64,000 nt of DNA from Acidimicrobiia bacterium (GTDB lineage: Bacteria > Actinomycetota > Acidimicrobiia > Spongiisociales > UBA5794). Positions 1-10,099 of this stretch are shown in pieces. Position numbers and translations under genes: made by a program. The stretch is from NCBI GenBank assembly GCA_041581135.1, contig JBFGCM010000007.1, positions 1,963 to 65,962 of the forward strand, written 5' to 3'. The notes beneath the pieces were generated by a model. It was given only the letters and a program-made list of their open reading frames with translations. It ran no database searches and was not told where the DNA came from. The first letter of the stretch is position 1; every line of letters begins with the position of its first letter.

Positions 1-1124
1 TTGGCGTCGTGGGTGACCTTGGCGACCGCCGGATCCTCGAGGGCAACACGGAGATGCTCCAACTGATCGACCGGTACGAACGATGCCACGTCATCGCCGG
101 TGGCGACCGCCAGCCCGGCGAGCACCCCCTCGTCGTGGACCGCCTCCACTCCGTGCATCGCGCCGGCGCGCATGAGCTCGGCCAGGTCTGCGGCGCGGCG
201 CACGCTGGTCACCTCGATGTCGAGTACCTCGTGGGTGCCCAGGCTCGGCTCACCCAGGCCTTCGAGCTCGTTCAGGCGGTCCCACAACGAGCGGAACGCC
301 AAGTCGTCGAAGACACCATGCACGACCGTCGGATCCCACGGCTCGGACACCAGATCGTCGATGACGACGTCGACCTCGACGTCTCGCTTCAGGCACATGA
401 GCCGATGGTTGAGCAACACCTGATCCCTGCACGCGGCAAGATTCTCCCGCAGCTTCGGGGTCTGCTCGTCGATGTGCTCGTAGATGCCCTCGAGCGATCC
501 GTAGTTCTTGAGCAGCTTGGCGGCGGTCTTCTCGCCGACACCAGGGACGCCGGGGAGGTTGTCCGAGGTGTCGCCGCGCAGCGCGGCGTACTCGACGTAT
601 CCGGCGGGAGTGACGCCATACCGCTCCAGCAACCACTCGGGCGTGGCGTCCACCGTGTCGGAGATGCCCCGCCTCGTGTAGATCACCCGGACCTGCTCAC
701 CAACGAGCTGAAAGGCATCGCGATCTCCGGTGACCACCACCACGTCCCAGCCCTCATTCACCGCCATGTCGGCGAGGGTGGCGATCACGTCATCTGCCTC
801 TACACCCGGCACCCCGATCTGTTCGATCCGCATGGCCTCGAGCACTTCGCGGATGAGCGGAAGCTGGTCGCGGAACAGGTCCGGGGGTGACTCCCGCTGC
901 GCCTTGTACTCGGCATACTCCTCGCTCCGGAACGTGGGGCCGGGCACGTCCCACGCCACCGCGATGCCGTCTGGTGCCTCGTCGCCGAGTAGGCGGATCA
1001 ACATCGACGTGAAGCCGTAGACCGCGTTGGTCACCTGTCCGGCAGTCGTCGCCAAGTCGGCGGGGAGGGCGAAGAAGGCGCGGTAGGCCAGGCTCAGGCC
1101 GTCGAGGAGAGCGAGTTTCGGCAC
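1..1124 (-). CDS. polA: DNA polymerase I, N-terminal part (5'-3' exonuclease domain); runs off the left edge
   Basis: Not in the ORF track because it has no stop in the window. Manual translation from GTG 1124 gives MPKLALLDGLSLAYRAFFALP...QVTNAVYGF...YAEYKAQR, the PolA 5'-nuclease motifs. TATGAT lies 6 nt upstream (leaderless). Confidence 0.96.
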   Translation of the reverse strand, partial: MPKLALLDGLSLAYRAFFALPADLATTAGQVTNAVYGFTSMLIRLLGDEAPDGIAVAWDVPGPTFRSEEYAEYKAQRESPPDLFRDQLPLIREVLEAMRIEQIGVPGVEADDVIATLADMAVNEGWDVVVVTGDRDAFQLVGEQVRVIYTRRGISDTVDATPEWLLERYGVTPAGYVEYAALRGDTSDNLPGVPGVGEKTAAKLLKNYGSLEGIYEHIDEQTPKLRENLAACRDQVLLNHRLMCLKRDVEVDVVIDDLVSEPWDPTVVHGVFDDLAFRSLWDRLNELEGLGEPSLGTHEVLDIEVTSVRRAADLAELMRAGAMHGVEAVHDEGVLAGLAVATGDDVASFVPVDQLEHLRVALEDPAVAKVTHDA

Positions 1125-1234
1125 CGAGCCATCATATCGGCAGATACCGGATCGCCCCGCTCCGCCGGACTGCCAGATCGCTTCGCTTCCAGACCCGCGG
1201 GCGGCTCGAACGCTCCCGACGGGACGAGCTCAGC

Positions 1235-1510
1235 TCAGCTCAGCTTGGAGATCAATCGGTCTCGCTTGGCTTCGAGCTTCTCTCGCTTGCGGATCAATCC
1301 CTCCACCACCGACCGGGCCCGAGCCACGTCCGCCCTGGTTTCGGCGGCGTCGGCGCGATCGATCGGAGCATCGGACACTGCGGCGTCGCGCTGGGCGTCG
1401 TCGTCGATGTGCTGGTGCATGATGAGCTCTTCGCGGGCGAGCGTCTCGGCGTCCCGCAGCGCGGCGATCTCGTCATTGAGCTGGAAGATGCGCCGTTCGA
1501 GCCGGCCCAT
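1235..1510 (-). CDS. small coiled-coil hypothetical protein (91 aa)
   Basis: Clean helical, charged ORF starting 3 nt after the upstream stop; co-oriented with polA. Confidence 0.75.
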   Translation of the reverse strand: MGRLERRIFQLNDEIAALRDAETLAREELIMHQHIDDDAQRDAAVSDAPIDRADAAETRADVARARSVVEGLIRKREKLEAKRDRLISKLS

Positions 1511-1513
1511 GCG

Positions 1514-3214
1514 TCAGGGCCCGGTCGTGGACGTCGTGGTGGTCGTCGTGTAGTTGTGCACGAGGTGGATGGGTTGGCCGCGGACCTGAATACCCCAGGT
1601 GGTGCGGTCGGTCACGCTGGCGGCGGCCGGGTAGTCGTAGAACACGGTCCACCAGCACGACGGCGTGCAGCTGTACGTGTCGGCCAGCACGAACTCGATC
1701 TCGAGGAACTGGCCGTTGTAGCCGCGGCACTCACTGACGGTGGGGCCGTCGGCGCACCCGGCGGGATCGATGGCGACGGCCACTCCCGAGGTCTGAATCT
1801 GGCAGTCGGGTCCGGCCGCATCGTCGCGCCAACCGTCATTGGGGCCCGGGTCGGGGATCACGTTGTTGCTGGCGTCGAGATATCGCCCGAACTTGTCCCG
1901 CACGCGGAACCGACAGTCCTGGACGTTGCCCTCTTGGCCGAGCGTGAGGAACGAGTCGCCGGCCGCCTCTCCCGGGTCATAGAGGATGACGTTGATGACT
2001 CGGCCGGCGTACTCGGCAGGGATCTCGGCGACGTCGAACGTGGTGTCGACGTCGGACGAGCTGTGGATCGACAGCCACTCGACGGCGAACAGGTCCACCG
2101 GAGCCGTCCCCCCCTGGCGAACACCGAAGTTGTTGTTGGCGGTCCCGTTGTCGGCGATCACCTCGAGCACCCAGCGGCCCTCGACGGGTGCCGCCACATC
2201 GCAATCGGGGGCCTCGGTCCACTGATACTGGAACGCGGTCTTGTAGTCGGCGATGGTGATCGGAGCGCCGGTGTAGGGGTGCGTGAGCGGAACGGCGTCC
2301 TCGGGGAGGAACGTGTAACTGCATTCCGCCGGGTTGGCGAACCGGTTGTCCTCGGGGTTGTTCGGCGTGTTGTCCGGGGGGTACAGGGCGTAGGTGGTGG
2401 CGACCCCGTCACGGCTGGCGGCGTTGGAGATGTCGTCTCCCGACCCGAACACTTCCGGGTCGGCAGGATCGGGGTCGGTCTGGCTCGCGTTGTCGAAGTT
2501 GGGGGCGTCGAAGAAGTCGATGTCCAGGGTTCCCATGCCCTTGACGTCGATCGCGTAGTAGTAGGCGGGGTCGGCGTAGTACGCCTCGTAGGTGGGGTCG
2601 CTGACCGTCGCCGGGTCGTTGTCGTAGTCGCAGGTCAGCACGTCGGGGTGCGGGCTGGTGCTGTTCTTGCACTTCGTGGACCGATGGTCCCCCTGCTCGA
2701 TGGAGGTGTGCTCGCCGTTGACGGCGACCCAGAAGCCCTGTGCTTCCTGAAGACCGAGTGAGTCGGCGCGGCCGCCGAGCTTGATGACCGGCAGCTGCTC
2801 TGCAGTCGCTGTGCGGGCAACGGTCATGGTGTCGAAACCGAAGATGCGCATGAAGAAGGTGTCGACCGGTCCTGCGACCCGGACTTCGAGCTGGTTGTTG
2901 GTGGCACCGATTGAGGTCGCCACCTGGGCCCCGTTGATACCGTGGGCGTAGCCGTTGCGACGGGCGAGGTTGTGGGCGACGACATCGGCCGTGGAACCAG
3001 GGAGCGGATCGCCCGGCTTCAGCGGCAGATACACCACTCCGGCCAACGCGCCGGCCTCGGCGGCCTTCTGGGCCCGGGCCCCGTTCAGGAAGAGCCAGCC
3101 GAGGTCCACGGCGAACGCCGCCATTCCCATGAGCACCACCAGCGCCCCGGCCAACAACACGAGCACTGCGCCACGATCGTCGCCCTGGAGCTTCCGCTTG
3201 ATTCGCTCAACCAC
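1514..3214 (-). CDS. TadG-like (Tad domain) minor pilin / putative tip adhesin
   Basis: Prepilin-like DDRG|AVLVLL plus TM, followed by AFAVDLG...AQKAAEAGALAG (Tad N-terminal motif) and V.TFFMRIFG. Large Asp/Cys-rich C-terminal region. GTG start overlaps the tadE stop. Confidence 0.85.
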   Translation of the reverse strand: MVERIKRKLQGDDRGAVLVLLAGALVVLMGMAAFAVDLGWLFLNGARAQKAAEAGALAGVVYLPLKPGDPLPGSTADVVAHNLARRNGYAHGINGAQVATSIGATNNQLEVRVAGPVDTFFMRIFGFDTMTVARTATAEQLPVIKLGGRADSLGLQEAQGFWVAVNGEHTSIEQGDHRSTKCKNSTSPHPDVLTCDYDNDPATVSDPTYEAYYADPAYYYAIDVKGMGTLDIDFFDAPNFDNASQTDPDPADPEVFGSGDDISNAASRDGVATTYALYPPDNTPNNPEDNRFANPAECSYTFLPEDAVPLTHPYTGAPITIADYKTAFQYQWTEAPDCDVAAPVEGRWVLEVIADNGTANNNFGVRQGGTAPVDLFAVEWLSIHSSSDVDTTFDVAEIPAEYAGRVINVILYDPGEAAGDSFLTLGQEGNVQDCRFRVRDKFGRYLDASNNVIPDPGPNDGWRDDAAGPDCQIQTSGVAVAIDPAGCADGPTVSECRGYNGQFLEIEFVLADTYSCTPSCWWTVFYDYPAAASVTDRTTWGIQVRGQPIHLVHNYTTTTTTSTTGP

Positions 3215-3821
3215 TCTGTGGCTCCATCCTGAGCACCGAGGTCTCGGCCCAGCAGTTGACGAGCGAATTGTCGGCCGGGTCACGGCCACCGGCGCAGCTC
3301 ACGTCGTCGTACCCCAAGAACCCGGTGACCCAGGTGTGGGTGAAGAAGACTCGAACCCCGATGTTGTCGAGGTTGGTGATGTCCACGTTCCGTCCGGCCG
3401 GCAACCAGCCGGACTGCGGCTGCACGGCCGGGTCGGGACACGGGTTCCACGGGCATCCGTCGGTGTCGTTGGGCAGGAACGTGTAGATGTTGGTGAGGTT
3501 GTTGTCGAACGGGTCTACCGGTTCGCCGCTGGGCTGGGCCTTGTAGATCCACACCTCGGCGATGGCGTCCTCGTTGACGCCGGCGCTGAGCGTTGCCCGC
3601 AACGCCTCGACGATCAGGAAGTCGGCCGGCGGCGTGGTGCCGACGATGCCGGTGCCGACGCGGGCGGCGGCCTGGGTGGAGTTGGCGACGGAGAGCCGAT
3701 CTTTGAAGGCGAGACCGAATTCGACGATCCCGAACAAGAGGGTGAACAGCAGCAAGGACGCAAGAGCCATCTCGACCATGACGGCACCTCGGTCCGAGCT
3801 CAGCGGCGTCGTGAGCTTGAT
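3207..3821 (-). CDS. TadE-like minor pilin (start uncertain; probable ATC start at 3821)
   Basis: SDRG|AVMVEMALASLLLFTLLFGIVEFG...AAR is the TadE motif with Glu at +5. AGGAGG lies 6 nt before an in-frame ATC. Confidence 0.85.
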   Translation of the reverse strand: MKLTTPLSSDRGAVMVEMALASLLLFTLLFGIVEFGLAFKDRLSVANSTQAAARVGTGIVGTTPPADFLIVEALRATLSAGVNEDAIAEVWIYKAQPSGEPVDPFDNNLTNIYTFLPNDTDGCPWNPCPDPAVQPQSGWLPAGRNVDITNLDNIGVRVFFTHTWVTGFLGYDDVSCAGGRDPADNSLVNCWAETSVLRMEPQSG

Positions 3822-3972
3822 GTCCGGCCTCCTACGCGTTGGTGGGTTCTGTGTTGTACCGCGTTCTGAAACGCGTGGCAACCTTCCGGCTACCTGGGCG
3901 CATTGCCACACATCGTAGTCGTGGCGAACGCCCTGAGAATAGGTCGTGTGACCTATGATCTCAGTCACACAC

Positions 3973-4058
3973 GCCGGGATGGCGGAATGGTAGACGCGGC
4001 GGACTCAAAATCCGTTGGGCGCAAGCCCGTGGGGGTTCGAGTCCCCCTCCCGGTACCA
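3973..4058 (+). tRNA. tRNA-Leu (anticodon CAA)
   Basis: GCCGGGA/TCCCGGT acceptor stem, D-arm TGGCGGAATGGTAGACGC, anticodon loop CT-CAA-AA, long variable arm, GGTTCGAGTCC T-loop, encoded CCA end. TATGAT -10 lies upstream. Confidence 0.96.
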
Positions 4059-4255
4059 AAGGGCGTATGTGCACGTTCAGGGAGCCGCGCCCGTGGCGTC
4101 CAAGGTCAGGCGCGTAGCACCGTCATGCCAGGGCGCAGTCCCCCTACGTCGAGCGGAATCGTCTCGGCGAGTCGCTTCAGCTCTCCCATCTTCATCGGCA
4201 GATGGGACCGCGCAACTGGAGGGCTGTTTTCCGCGCTCCCAATCGGACTAGTCCT

Positions 4256-5059
4256 TCAGCGCCGCATCGCCGAGGACAACTCGGAGACGGCGACCCGCAA
4301 CGCGGCGGCCGCCTCGTCGAGGTCGGCGGCCTCGAGGACCCGCCGCACCAGTGCCGACCCGACGATCACACCGTCGGCGAAGGCGGCGGCCTCGGCGGCT
4401 TGGTCGGGCGTCGAGATGCCGACGCCCATCACGAGCGGAACTTCGGTCACGGATCGCACCCGCTTGGCGAGGGTGACGGCTCGACCCCGCGATCCCGTGC
4501 GTTCCCCGGTCACGCCGAGCTCGGCGATGCCGTAGAGGAACACCGGGTCGAACGAGGCGACCTGTTCCAGCCGATCGTCGTCGATGGTGGGGGCGACGAA
4601 CAACGCCAAGCCGAGGCCGGCATCCGCGGCGGCCGTCTGGATCGGACCGGCTTCATCGGCGGGGAGGTCGGCCACGATCAATGCATCGACGCCGGCAGCG
4701 GCGCACTGCGCCACGAACGCGGCGGGCCCGACCCGGAGAATCGGATTCACGTAGGTCATGACGATGGTGGGCCGTCCCGTGGTGGCCACGACATCGCCGG
4801 CGATGTCGATGCCGACGCCCAAGGTGGTCCCGGCGACCAGTGCTCGCCTCCCCGCCTCTTGGATGATCGGTCCGTCCATCAGCGGATCGGAGTACGGGAT
4901 CCCCACCTCGAAGCCATCAGCACCTGCCTCGGCCATCGCCGCGAACAACGATGCGGACACATGCGGGTCGGGCAGCCCGGCCGTCATGTACGGCAGGAGC
5001 ACCGCCCGATCCTCGCCGCGAGCCTGGCTGAAGAGGCGGGTCAGCCGGTCAGCCCCCAC
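4256..5059 (-). CDS. trpA: tryptophan synthase alpha subunit
   Basis: [29 protein letters not shown] and [11 protein letters not shown] motifs; GTG start overlaps the trpB stop. Confidence 0.96.
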   Translation of the reverse strand: MGADRLTRLFSQARGEDRAVLLPYMTAGLPDPHVSASLFAAMAEAGADGFEVGIPYSDPLMDGPIIQEAGRRALVAGTTLGVGIDIAGDVVATTGRPTIVMTYVNPILRVGPAAFVAQCAAAGVDALIVADLPADEAGPIQTAAADAGLGLALFVAPTIDDDRLEQVASFDPVFLYGIAELGVTGERTGSRGRAVTLAKRVRSVTEVPLVMGVGISTPDQAAEAAAFADGVIVGSALVRRVLEAADLDEAAAALRVAVSELSSAMRR

Positions 5060-6239
5060 GGATCGCCGCCACCTGCTGGACGTCCTTGTCACCGCGACCC
5101 GACAGATTGAGGACCACCGTCTTGCCGGCCAGCGCGTCCCGCTCCTTCGATATCCAGGCCAGAGCATGGGCGGACTCGAGCGCCGGAATGATGCCCTCGG
5201 TGCGAGCCATCTGCTCCATCGCATCGAGGGCCTCATCGTCGGTGACCGCGACGTAGCGGGCGACGCCGGAGTCCTTGAAGTAGGCGTGTTCGGGCCCGAC
5301 GCCCGGGTAGTCGAGCCCCGCCGAGATCGAGTGCGCCTCCTGCACCTGCCCCTCGGCGTCCTGCAGCATGTACGTCATGGCTCCGTGCAACACTCCGGCG
5401 TCTCCAGCCACCAACGACGCTCCATGCTTGCCGGTCTCGATGCCGAACCCGGCGGCCTCCACGCCCACCAACTCAGGGCCTCTACCCGCCATTGGATAGA
5501 AGATGCCCATGGCGTTCGAGCCGCCGCCGACGCACGCCACCACGACATCGACGTCGATGCCGCGGCGTGCCAGCTGCTCGAGCACTTCGTCGCCGATGAC
5601 GCGCTGGAACTCCCTGACCATCCACGGGAACGGATGAGGTCCCACGACCGAGCCGATGATGTAGTGGGTGTGTTCGACGGTGGCGACCCAGTCACGCATC
5701 GCCTCCGAGACGGCGTCCTTCAGGGTGCCCGCCCCCGTCGTGACGGGAATCACTTCTGCGCCCAGCATTCGCATCCGATAGACGTTGAGCTCTTGGCGGG
5801 CGATGTCCTTCTCACCCATGTACACGACACACTCTTGACCGAGCAGGGCACACGCCGTCGCGGTCGCCACCCCGTGCTGGCCGGCACCGGTTTCTGCAAT
5901 GACACGAGGTTTGCCCATCCTCTGTGCCAGGAGGGCCTGGCCGATGGTGTTGTTGATCTTGTGGGCACCGGTGTGGGCGAGATCCTCGCGCTTGAGGAGC
6001 AGCCGCATGCCGAGCTCCTTGGAGAGGCGGGCAGCCTCATACAGCGGCGTCGGCCGGCCCACGTACTCGTGCAAGAGCCGTTCGAACTCGGCGCGGAATT
6101 CGGCATCCGACCATGCGTGCTGGAACTGCTGATCGAGGTCCAACAGTGCAGGCATCAGGGTTTCCGGCGCGAACCGTCCCCCATAATCACCGAAGCGGCC
6201 CTTGGCGTCGGGCCGCAGCAGAGGCTTCAGTTCGGTCAT
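5049..6239 (-). CDS. trpB: tryptophan synthase beta subunit
   Basis: [28 protein letters not shown] (PLP lysine), [30 protein letters not shown]. Confidence 0.98.
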   Translation of the reverse strand: MTELKPLLRPDAKGRFGDYGGRFAPETLMPALLDLDQQFQHAWSDAEFRAEFERLLHEYVGRPTPLYEAARLSKELGMRLLLKREDLAHTGAHKINNTIGQALLAQRMGKPRVIAETGAGQHGVATATACALLGQECVVYMGEKDIARQELNVYRMRMLGAEVIPVTTGAGTLKDAVSEAMRDWVATVEHTHYIIGSVVGPHPFPWMVREFQRVIGDEVLEQLARRGIDVDVVVACVGGGSNAMGIFYPMAGRGPELVGVEAAGFGIETGKHGASLVAGDAGVLHGAMTYMLQDAEGQVQEAHSISAGLDYPGVGPEHAYFKDSGVARYVAVTDDEALDAMEQMARTEGIIPALESAHALAWISKERDALAGKTVVLNLSGRGDKDVQQVAAIRGG

Positions 6240-6255
6240 CCGTCGGCGCGCCCTC

Positions 6256-6858
6256 TCATGAGCCCTTTGCCTCCTCAACGAACCGGGCCACCTTACCGTG
6301 GGCCTTCTTCCCCGGTGCCGACTCGAGCTTCGACGATGCGTCCACTCCCCACGGCCGCGCCAGCCGAATGGCGTCGGCAACGTTGTCGGGGCCGAGTCCC
6401 CCGGCGAGCACGAACCTGGCATCCACATCGGCGGCCAACGACCAGTCGAACGCCACACCGGTACCCCCGTGCTTGGAATCGTGATACGTGTCGAGCAACG
6501 GAATCTGGCCCGGCGGGACGCCTTCCAGATTGGCCACATCGCGCACCGCCACCGGCCGCAGCACGAACACACCGCACCTCCCGGCCGCCGATGCAACCTC
6601 GTCGGCGTGGCGGCCGTATGGCTGCAACCCGTCGGCGCCGGCGGCCTTGAGCGCTCCCAGGGCCTCCTCGACGGTCATGTCCACGGTCACCAGCACACGA
6701 ATGGCCGGGATGCCCCTGGCCAGAGCGGCGGCCTGCTCGACGCTCACCTTGCGCCGAGACTCGTCCGCCAACACGAACCCCACCGCATCCGCTCCCGCCT
6801 CGACGGCGGCCTCGACGTCGTCCCGTGTGGTCAGCCCGCACACCTTCACCCAGGTCAT
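6256..6858 (-). CDS. trpF: phosphoribosylanthranilate isomerase
   Basis: [45 protein letters not shown]; ATGA overlap with trpC. Confidence 0.95.
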   Translation of the reverse strand: MTWVKVCGLTTRDDVEAAVEAGADAVGFVLADESRRKVSVEQAAALARGIPAIRVLVTVDMTVEEALGALKAAGADGLQPYGRHADEVASAAGRCGVFVLRPVAVRDVANLEGVPPGQIPLLDTYHDSKHGGTGVAFDWSLAADVDARFVLAGGLGPDNVADAIRLARPWGVDASSKLESAPGKKAHGKVARFVEEAKGS

Positions 6859-7631
6859 GGCGCCCTCCGCGCCATCCCCAGCTCCGCCACGAGCGCAGCC
6901 GGGTCGTCGGCCCGAACCAACGCCTCCCCCACCAGGATGGCGTCGTAGCCGGCGGCGGCCATACGCGCCGCGCCCTCCCGACCCGACACACCGCTCTCTG
7001 CGACCGTGCACGCCGCTCCTTGGAGGAGCGGGGCCACGGTTTCGGCCACACCGAGGTCGGTGTGGAACGTCTCCAGATCACGGTTGTTCACACCGACGAC
7101 GACGGCGCCGGCCGCGATGGCTCGCTTCGCCTCATCGGAGGTGTGCACTTCCACCAATGCCTCCATACCGGCCGCTGCCGTCTCGGCGAGCAGAAGCCCG
7201 AGGTCGGCGTCGTCGAGTACCGCCACGATCAGCAGCACGGCGTCGGCACCGGCGGCGCGTGCCTCCCAGACCTGCGCCGGGTCCAAGAGGAAGTCCTTGC
7301 GGAGAATCGGCACGGATACGGTGCTACGCGCGGCGCGGAGATCTTCCAGCGATCCCGCGAAGAACTCGGGCTCGGTGAGGACCGAGATGGCGGCGGCGCC
7401 TCCGGAGACGTAGGCGGCGGCCTGCGCCGCCGGCTCCAGGTGCGGGGAGATCTCGCCCACCGACGGCGAACGCCGCTTGATCTCAGCGATGATGTCGAGG
7501 CCGGGACCCGCAAGTGCGGCGGCCAGAGAACGAGCGGGTGCCATGCCGGCGGCGTCGGCCTCGAACCGGTGGCGCTCCGCCCGACTCTCGGGGAGACGCT
7601 GCCGCGCCGACGCCAGGATGGTCTCGAGCAT
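6855..7631 (-). CDS. trpC: indole-3-glycerol phosphate synthase
   Basis: IIAEIKRRSPS, AISVLTE, LRKDF, GVNNRDL, AESG motifs. Confidence 0.96.
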   Translation of the reverse strand: MLETILASARQRLPESRAERHRFEADAAGMAPARSLAAALAGPGLDIIAEIKRRSPSVGEISPHLEPAAQAAAYVSGGAAAISVLTEPEFFAGSLEDLRAARSTVSVPILRKDFLLDPAQVWEARAAGADAVLLIVAVLDDADLGLLLAETAAAGMEALVEVHTSDEAKRAIAAGAVVVGVNNRDLETFHTDLGVAETVAPLLQGAACTVAESGVSGREGAARMAAAGYDAILVGEALVRADDPAALVAELGMARRAP

Positions 7632-7674
7632 CCGGCCATCGTACCTGCGCCTGGAGGGCTCGCAGGCGGGCGGA

Positions 7675-7989
7675 TCAGGGCGCCATCTGCAGCTCTCGCA
7701 TGTAGTCCACGAGGCCGTCGATCTGCGCCGAGGTGAGGCGGTTTCCGTATCCCGGCATCCGGCCCACACCTGCGGTGATCGCGGCATCGAGCTCGGCGTC
7801 GCTACGCGAGACGGCGTCACTGCCGGCCCCGACGGCAGGACCGCTTCCACCCGAGCCATCGGCCCCGTGGCACGCTGCGCACGAGTTCGCGTACAGCTCG
7901 GCACCCTCCAGCCCCTCCAGTGAGCCACACGATGTTGCCAGCACCAGGACCACCGCGGCGAGTCCCAGGACGAGTTTCCGATTGCGCAT
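7675..7989 (-). CDS. lipoprotein monoheme cytochrome c
   Basis: Signal peptide with lipobox LATSC, heme motif CAACH, distal Met in GRMPGY. Confidence 0.9.
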   Translation of the reverse strand: MRNRKLVLGLAAVVLVLATSCGSLEGLEGAELYANSCAACHGADGSGGSGPAVGAGSDAVSRSDAELDAAITAGVGRMPGYGNRLTSAQIDGLVDYMRELQMAP

Positions 7990-7999
7990 CGGCGGGACG

Positions 8000-9403
8000 C
8001 TAGTCGGCCCCGGATCCTTGGCCGATGCTCACGGGAAACGACACGCTGACAATGGTGCCGCGACCGATCTCACTCTCCACAGTCACCTGTCCACCGAGCA
8101 CGTCGACCAGCTCCTTGACGATGGTCAGGCCGAGACCGCTCCCTTCGGGGCGCACGGCGCGGTACCGCTGGGCGACATAGAGCCGCTCGAACAGATGGGG
8201 CAAGTCGGAGCTGTCGATCCCGGGTCCGCTGTCAGCCACCCGCACCACGAGCCGATCGCCATCGCCGCGGTGGAGCCCGATCGTCACCTCTCCACTCTCA
8301 GGGGTGTAGCGCAGGGCGTTCTCGATGAGGTTTCCCAGTACCTGCCCGACGCGATCGGCATCGGTGATCACGTCCCCGACATCGGCCAGGTCCGTGGTGA
8401 GCCGTACGTGCGCCGCGTCGGCGCGCCCCCGGAAGGCTTCGGCGATCTCCTTGAGGTGAGCGCGCAGATCGACCGGCTCCGGTCGCAAGGTGAATTCGCG
8501 AGCTTCGAGCCGTGACAGCAGCATGAGGTCTTCGACCAGCCGGCTGAGGCGGCCGGCCTGGGTGTGGAGCACTCCGGCGACGCGGGGCAGATCGTCTTCG
8601 GGCACGTGGCCCGCCTGAATGGCTTCCGCATAGCCGCGGATGGTGGTGAGCGGCGTTCGCAGGTCGTGGCCGACGCTCATGAGGAAGTCTCGTTCCCGCC
8701 TGCGGGCGTGATCGAGCTGCGCCCCCATCTCGTTGAACGTCGCGGCGACGGCAGCGACCTCGTCATCACCGTCCTCGGGGGCGCGAGCCGAGAAGTCGCC
8801 GGCGGCAAAGGCTCTGGTGGCAGCGGTGAGCGCATCGAGACGCCTGGCGGTCTGACGGGCCAGATATCCCGCCAGCAGCAGGGTCAGGCCGGCCCCGGCC
8901 ACGAGCGCAAGAACGATCGGGCGCAACAGCCCACTGGCTCCGAGGGGTACGGTGTCTCGCCCTATGACCACGAGCAGCGGCACGGGGCGGTTGATGTCGA
9001 CCTGCCGGATCACCACGCTTACCTCGGTGCCCCTGACGTTCACGCTCGTGATCTGACGGTCGGGGAGCCCCGGCTCCAGCCGGGAGATGATCACATCGTT
9101 GGGCCCCAAGGCCCGCAGTTCACCGTCCACCACGATCGCCGCCTCGACGTAGTCGTGGCCGCCGACCTGCCTGGCGATCTCGGTGAGCTCGATGGTGCGC
9201 TGGCCGAGTTCACGCAACGATGGGGCGTCGGTGGCGTTCCCGAGCTGTTGGGCCAGCAGGCGAGCGGTGACCTCGGCCTGTCGAAAGAGGTCATCTCGAG
9301 CCTCCGCCGCAGCGCTGCGGCTGATGGCGCCGACGGCGAGGACACCGATGACCAGCATCACGAACGCGACGACGGCAGCACCCCAGAAGATCCGGCGTTG
9401 CAT
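8000..9403 (-). CDS. HAMP-domain sensor histidine kinase
   Basis: Two TM segments, HAMP domain, H-box SVGHDLRTPLT, NLIENALRY, DSGPGI, GSGLGL. Confidence 0.94.
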   Translation of the reverse strand: MQRRIFWGAAVVAFVMLVIGVLAVGAISRSAAAEARDDLFRQAEVTARLLAQQLGNATDAPSLRELGQRTIELTEIARQVGGHDYVEAAIVVDGELRALGPNDVIISRLEPGLPDRQITSVNVRGTEVSVVIRQVDINRPVPLLVVIGRDTVPLGASGLLRPIVLALVAGAGLTLLLAGYLARQTARRLDALTAATRAFAAGDFSARAPEDGDDEVAAVAATFNEMGAQLDHARRRERDFLMSVGHDLRTPLTTIRGYAEAIQAGHVPEDDLPRVAGVLHTQAGRLSRLVEDLMLLSRLEAREFTLRPEPVDLRAHLKEIAEAFRGRADAAHVRLTTDLADVGDVITDADRVGQVLGNLIENALRYTPESGEVTIGLHRGDGDRLVVRVADSGPGIDSSDLPHLFERLYVAQRYRAVRPEGSGLGLTIVKELVDVLGGQVTVESEIGRGTIVSVSFPVSIGQGSGAD

Positions 9404-10083
9404 CAGTCACGCATTCGGTAGCCCACTCCCCACACCGTCTCGATGGGGATGTCCGGGAGCTTCTTGCGGAGCTGCCGGATGTGGACATCGACCGTCCTCG
9501 TCTCGCCGAAGTACTCGTACCCCCACACTGCCTCGAGGATCTGCGATCTGGACAGCACGAGTCCCAGGTTGTCGGCCAGGTACCACAAGAGATCGAACTC
9601 GCGAGCGGTGGGACGGATCACGGTTCCATCCGGCAGGGTGACTTCACGCCGCCCCGAGTCGATCCGGAAGCTCGTCACCTCCAACGTCTGCGGCGCCATC
9701 GGCCGCTCCTCGGCACGCCGGAGGACGGCCTTGACTCGCGCCACCAACTCGCGCGGCGAGAACGGCTTCGTCACGTAGTCGTCTGCACCGATCTCCAGAC
9801 CGACCACCTTGTCCACCTCGCTGTCGCGAGCCGTGAGCATGATGACCGGCACGTCGGACGTGGCGCGGATCCGGCGACACACCTCGACGCCGTCCATGCC
9901 CGGCAGCCCCAGATCCAACAACACGACTCGGGCCTCACGCGAGGCCAGCCGATCCAACCCGCTCTCACCGTCGGCGGCATGCACGAACCGGTAGCCCTCG
10001 TTCTCGAAATACATCCGAACCAGTTCGGCGATCTCTTCTTCGTCCTCGATGAGCAGCACCATGCCGCGATGTGTCTCGGTCAT
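9403..10083 (-). CDS. OmpR/PhoB-family response regulator
   Basis: IEDE, LLDLGLPGMDG, GADDYVTKPFS, RTVDVHIRQLRKK, ETVWGVGYR. Confidence 0.96.
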   Translation of the reverse strand: MTETHRGMVLLIEDEEEIAELVRMYFENEGYRFVHAADGESGLDRLASREARVVLLDLGLPGMDGVEVCRRIRATSDVPVIMLTARDSEVDKVVGLEIGADDYVTKPFSPRELVARVKAVLRRAEERPMAPQTLEVTSFRIDSGRREVTLPDGTVIRPTAREFDLLWYLADNLGLVLSRSQILEAVWGYEYFGETRTVDVHIRQLRKKLPDIPIETVWGVGYRMRD

Positions 10084-10099
10084 CTCACTCGAATCATCG

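Noticed and set aside
9-890. 293-aa plus-strand ORF and the many other long ORFs antisense to or overlapping real genes (e.g. 1409-2761, 4758-6650, 33707-35218, 59340-61043, 62059-63903)
   Set aside because: Shadow frames typical of GC-rich DNA: they lie opposite clearly identifiable genes and have no recognisable motifs.
1227-1245. (AGCTC)n short tandem repeat at the end of the 91-aa gene
   Set aside because: Only about four units spanning the stop codon; too short to support phase variation.
3973-4255. tRNA-Leu as an integration site or island boundary
   Set aside because: No integrase, and I saw no duplicated tRNA 3' end; housekeeping trpA follows directly.
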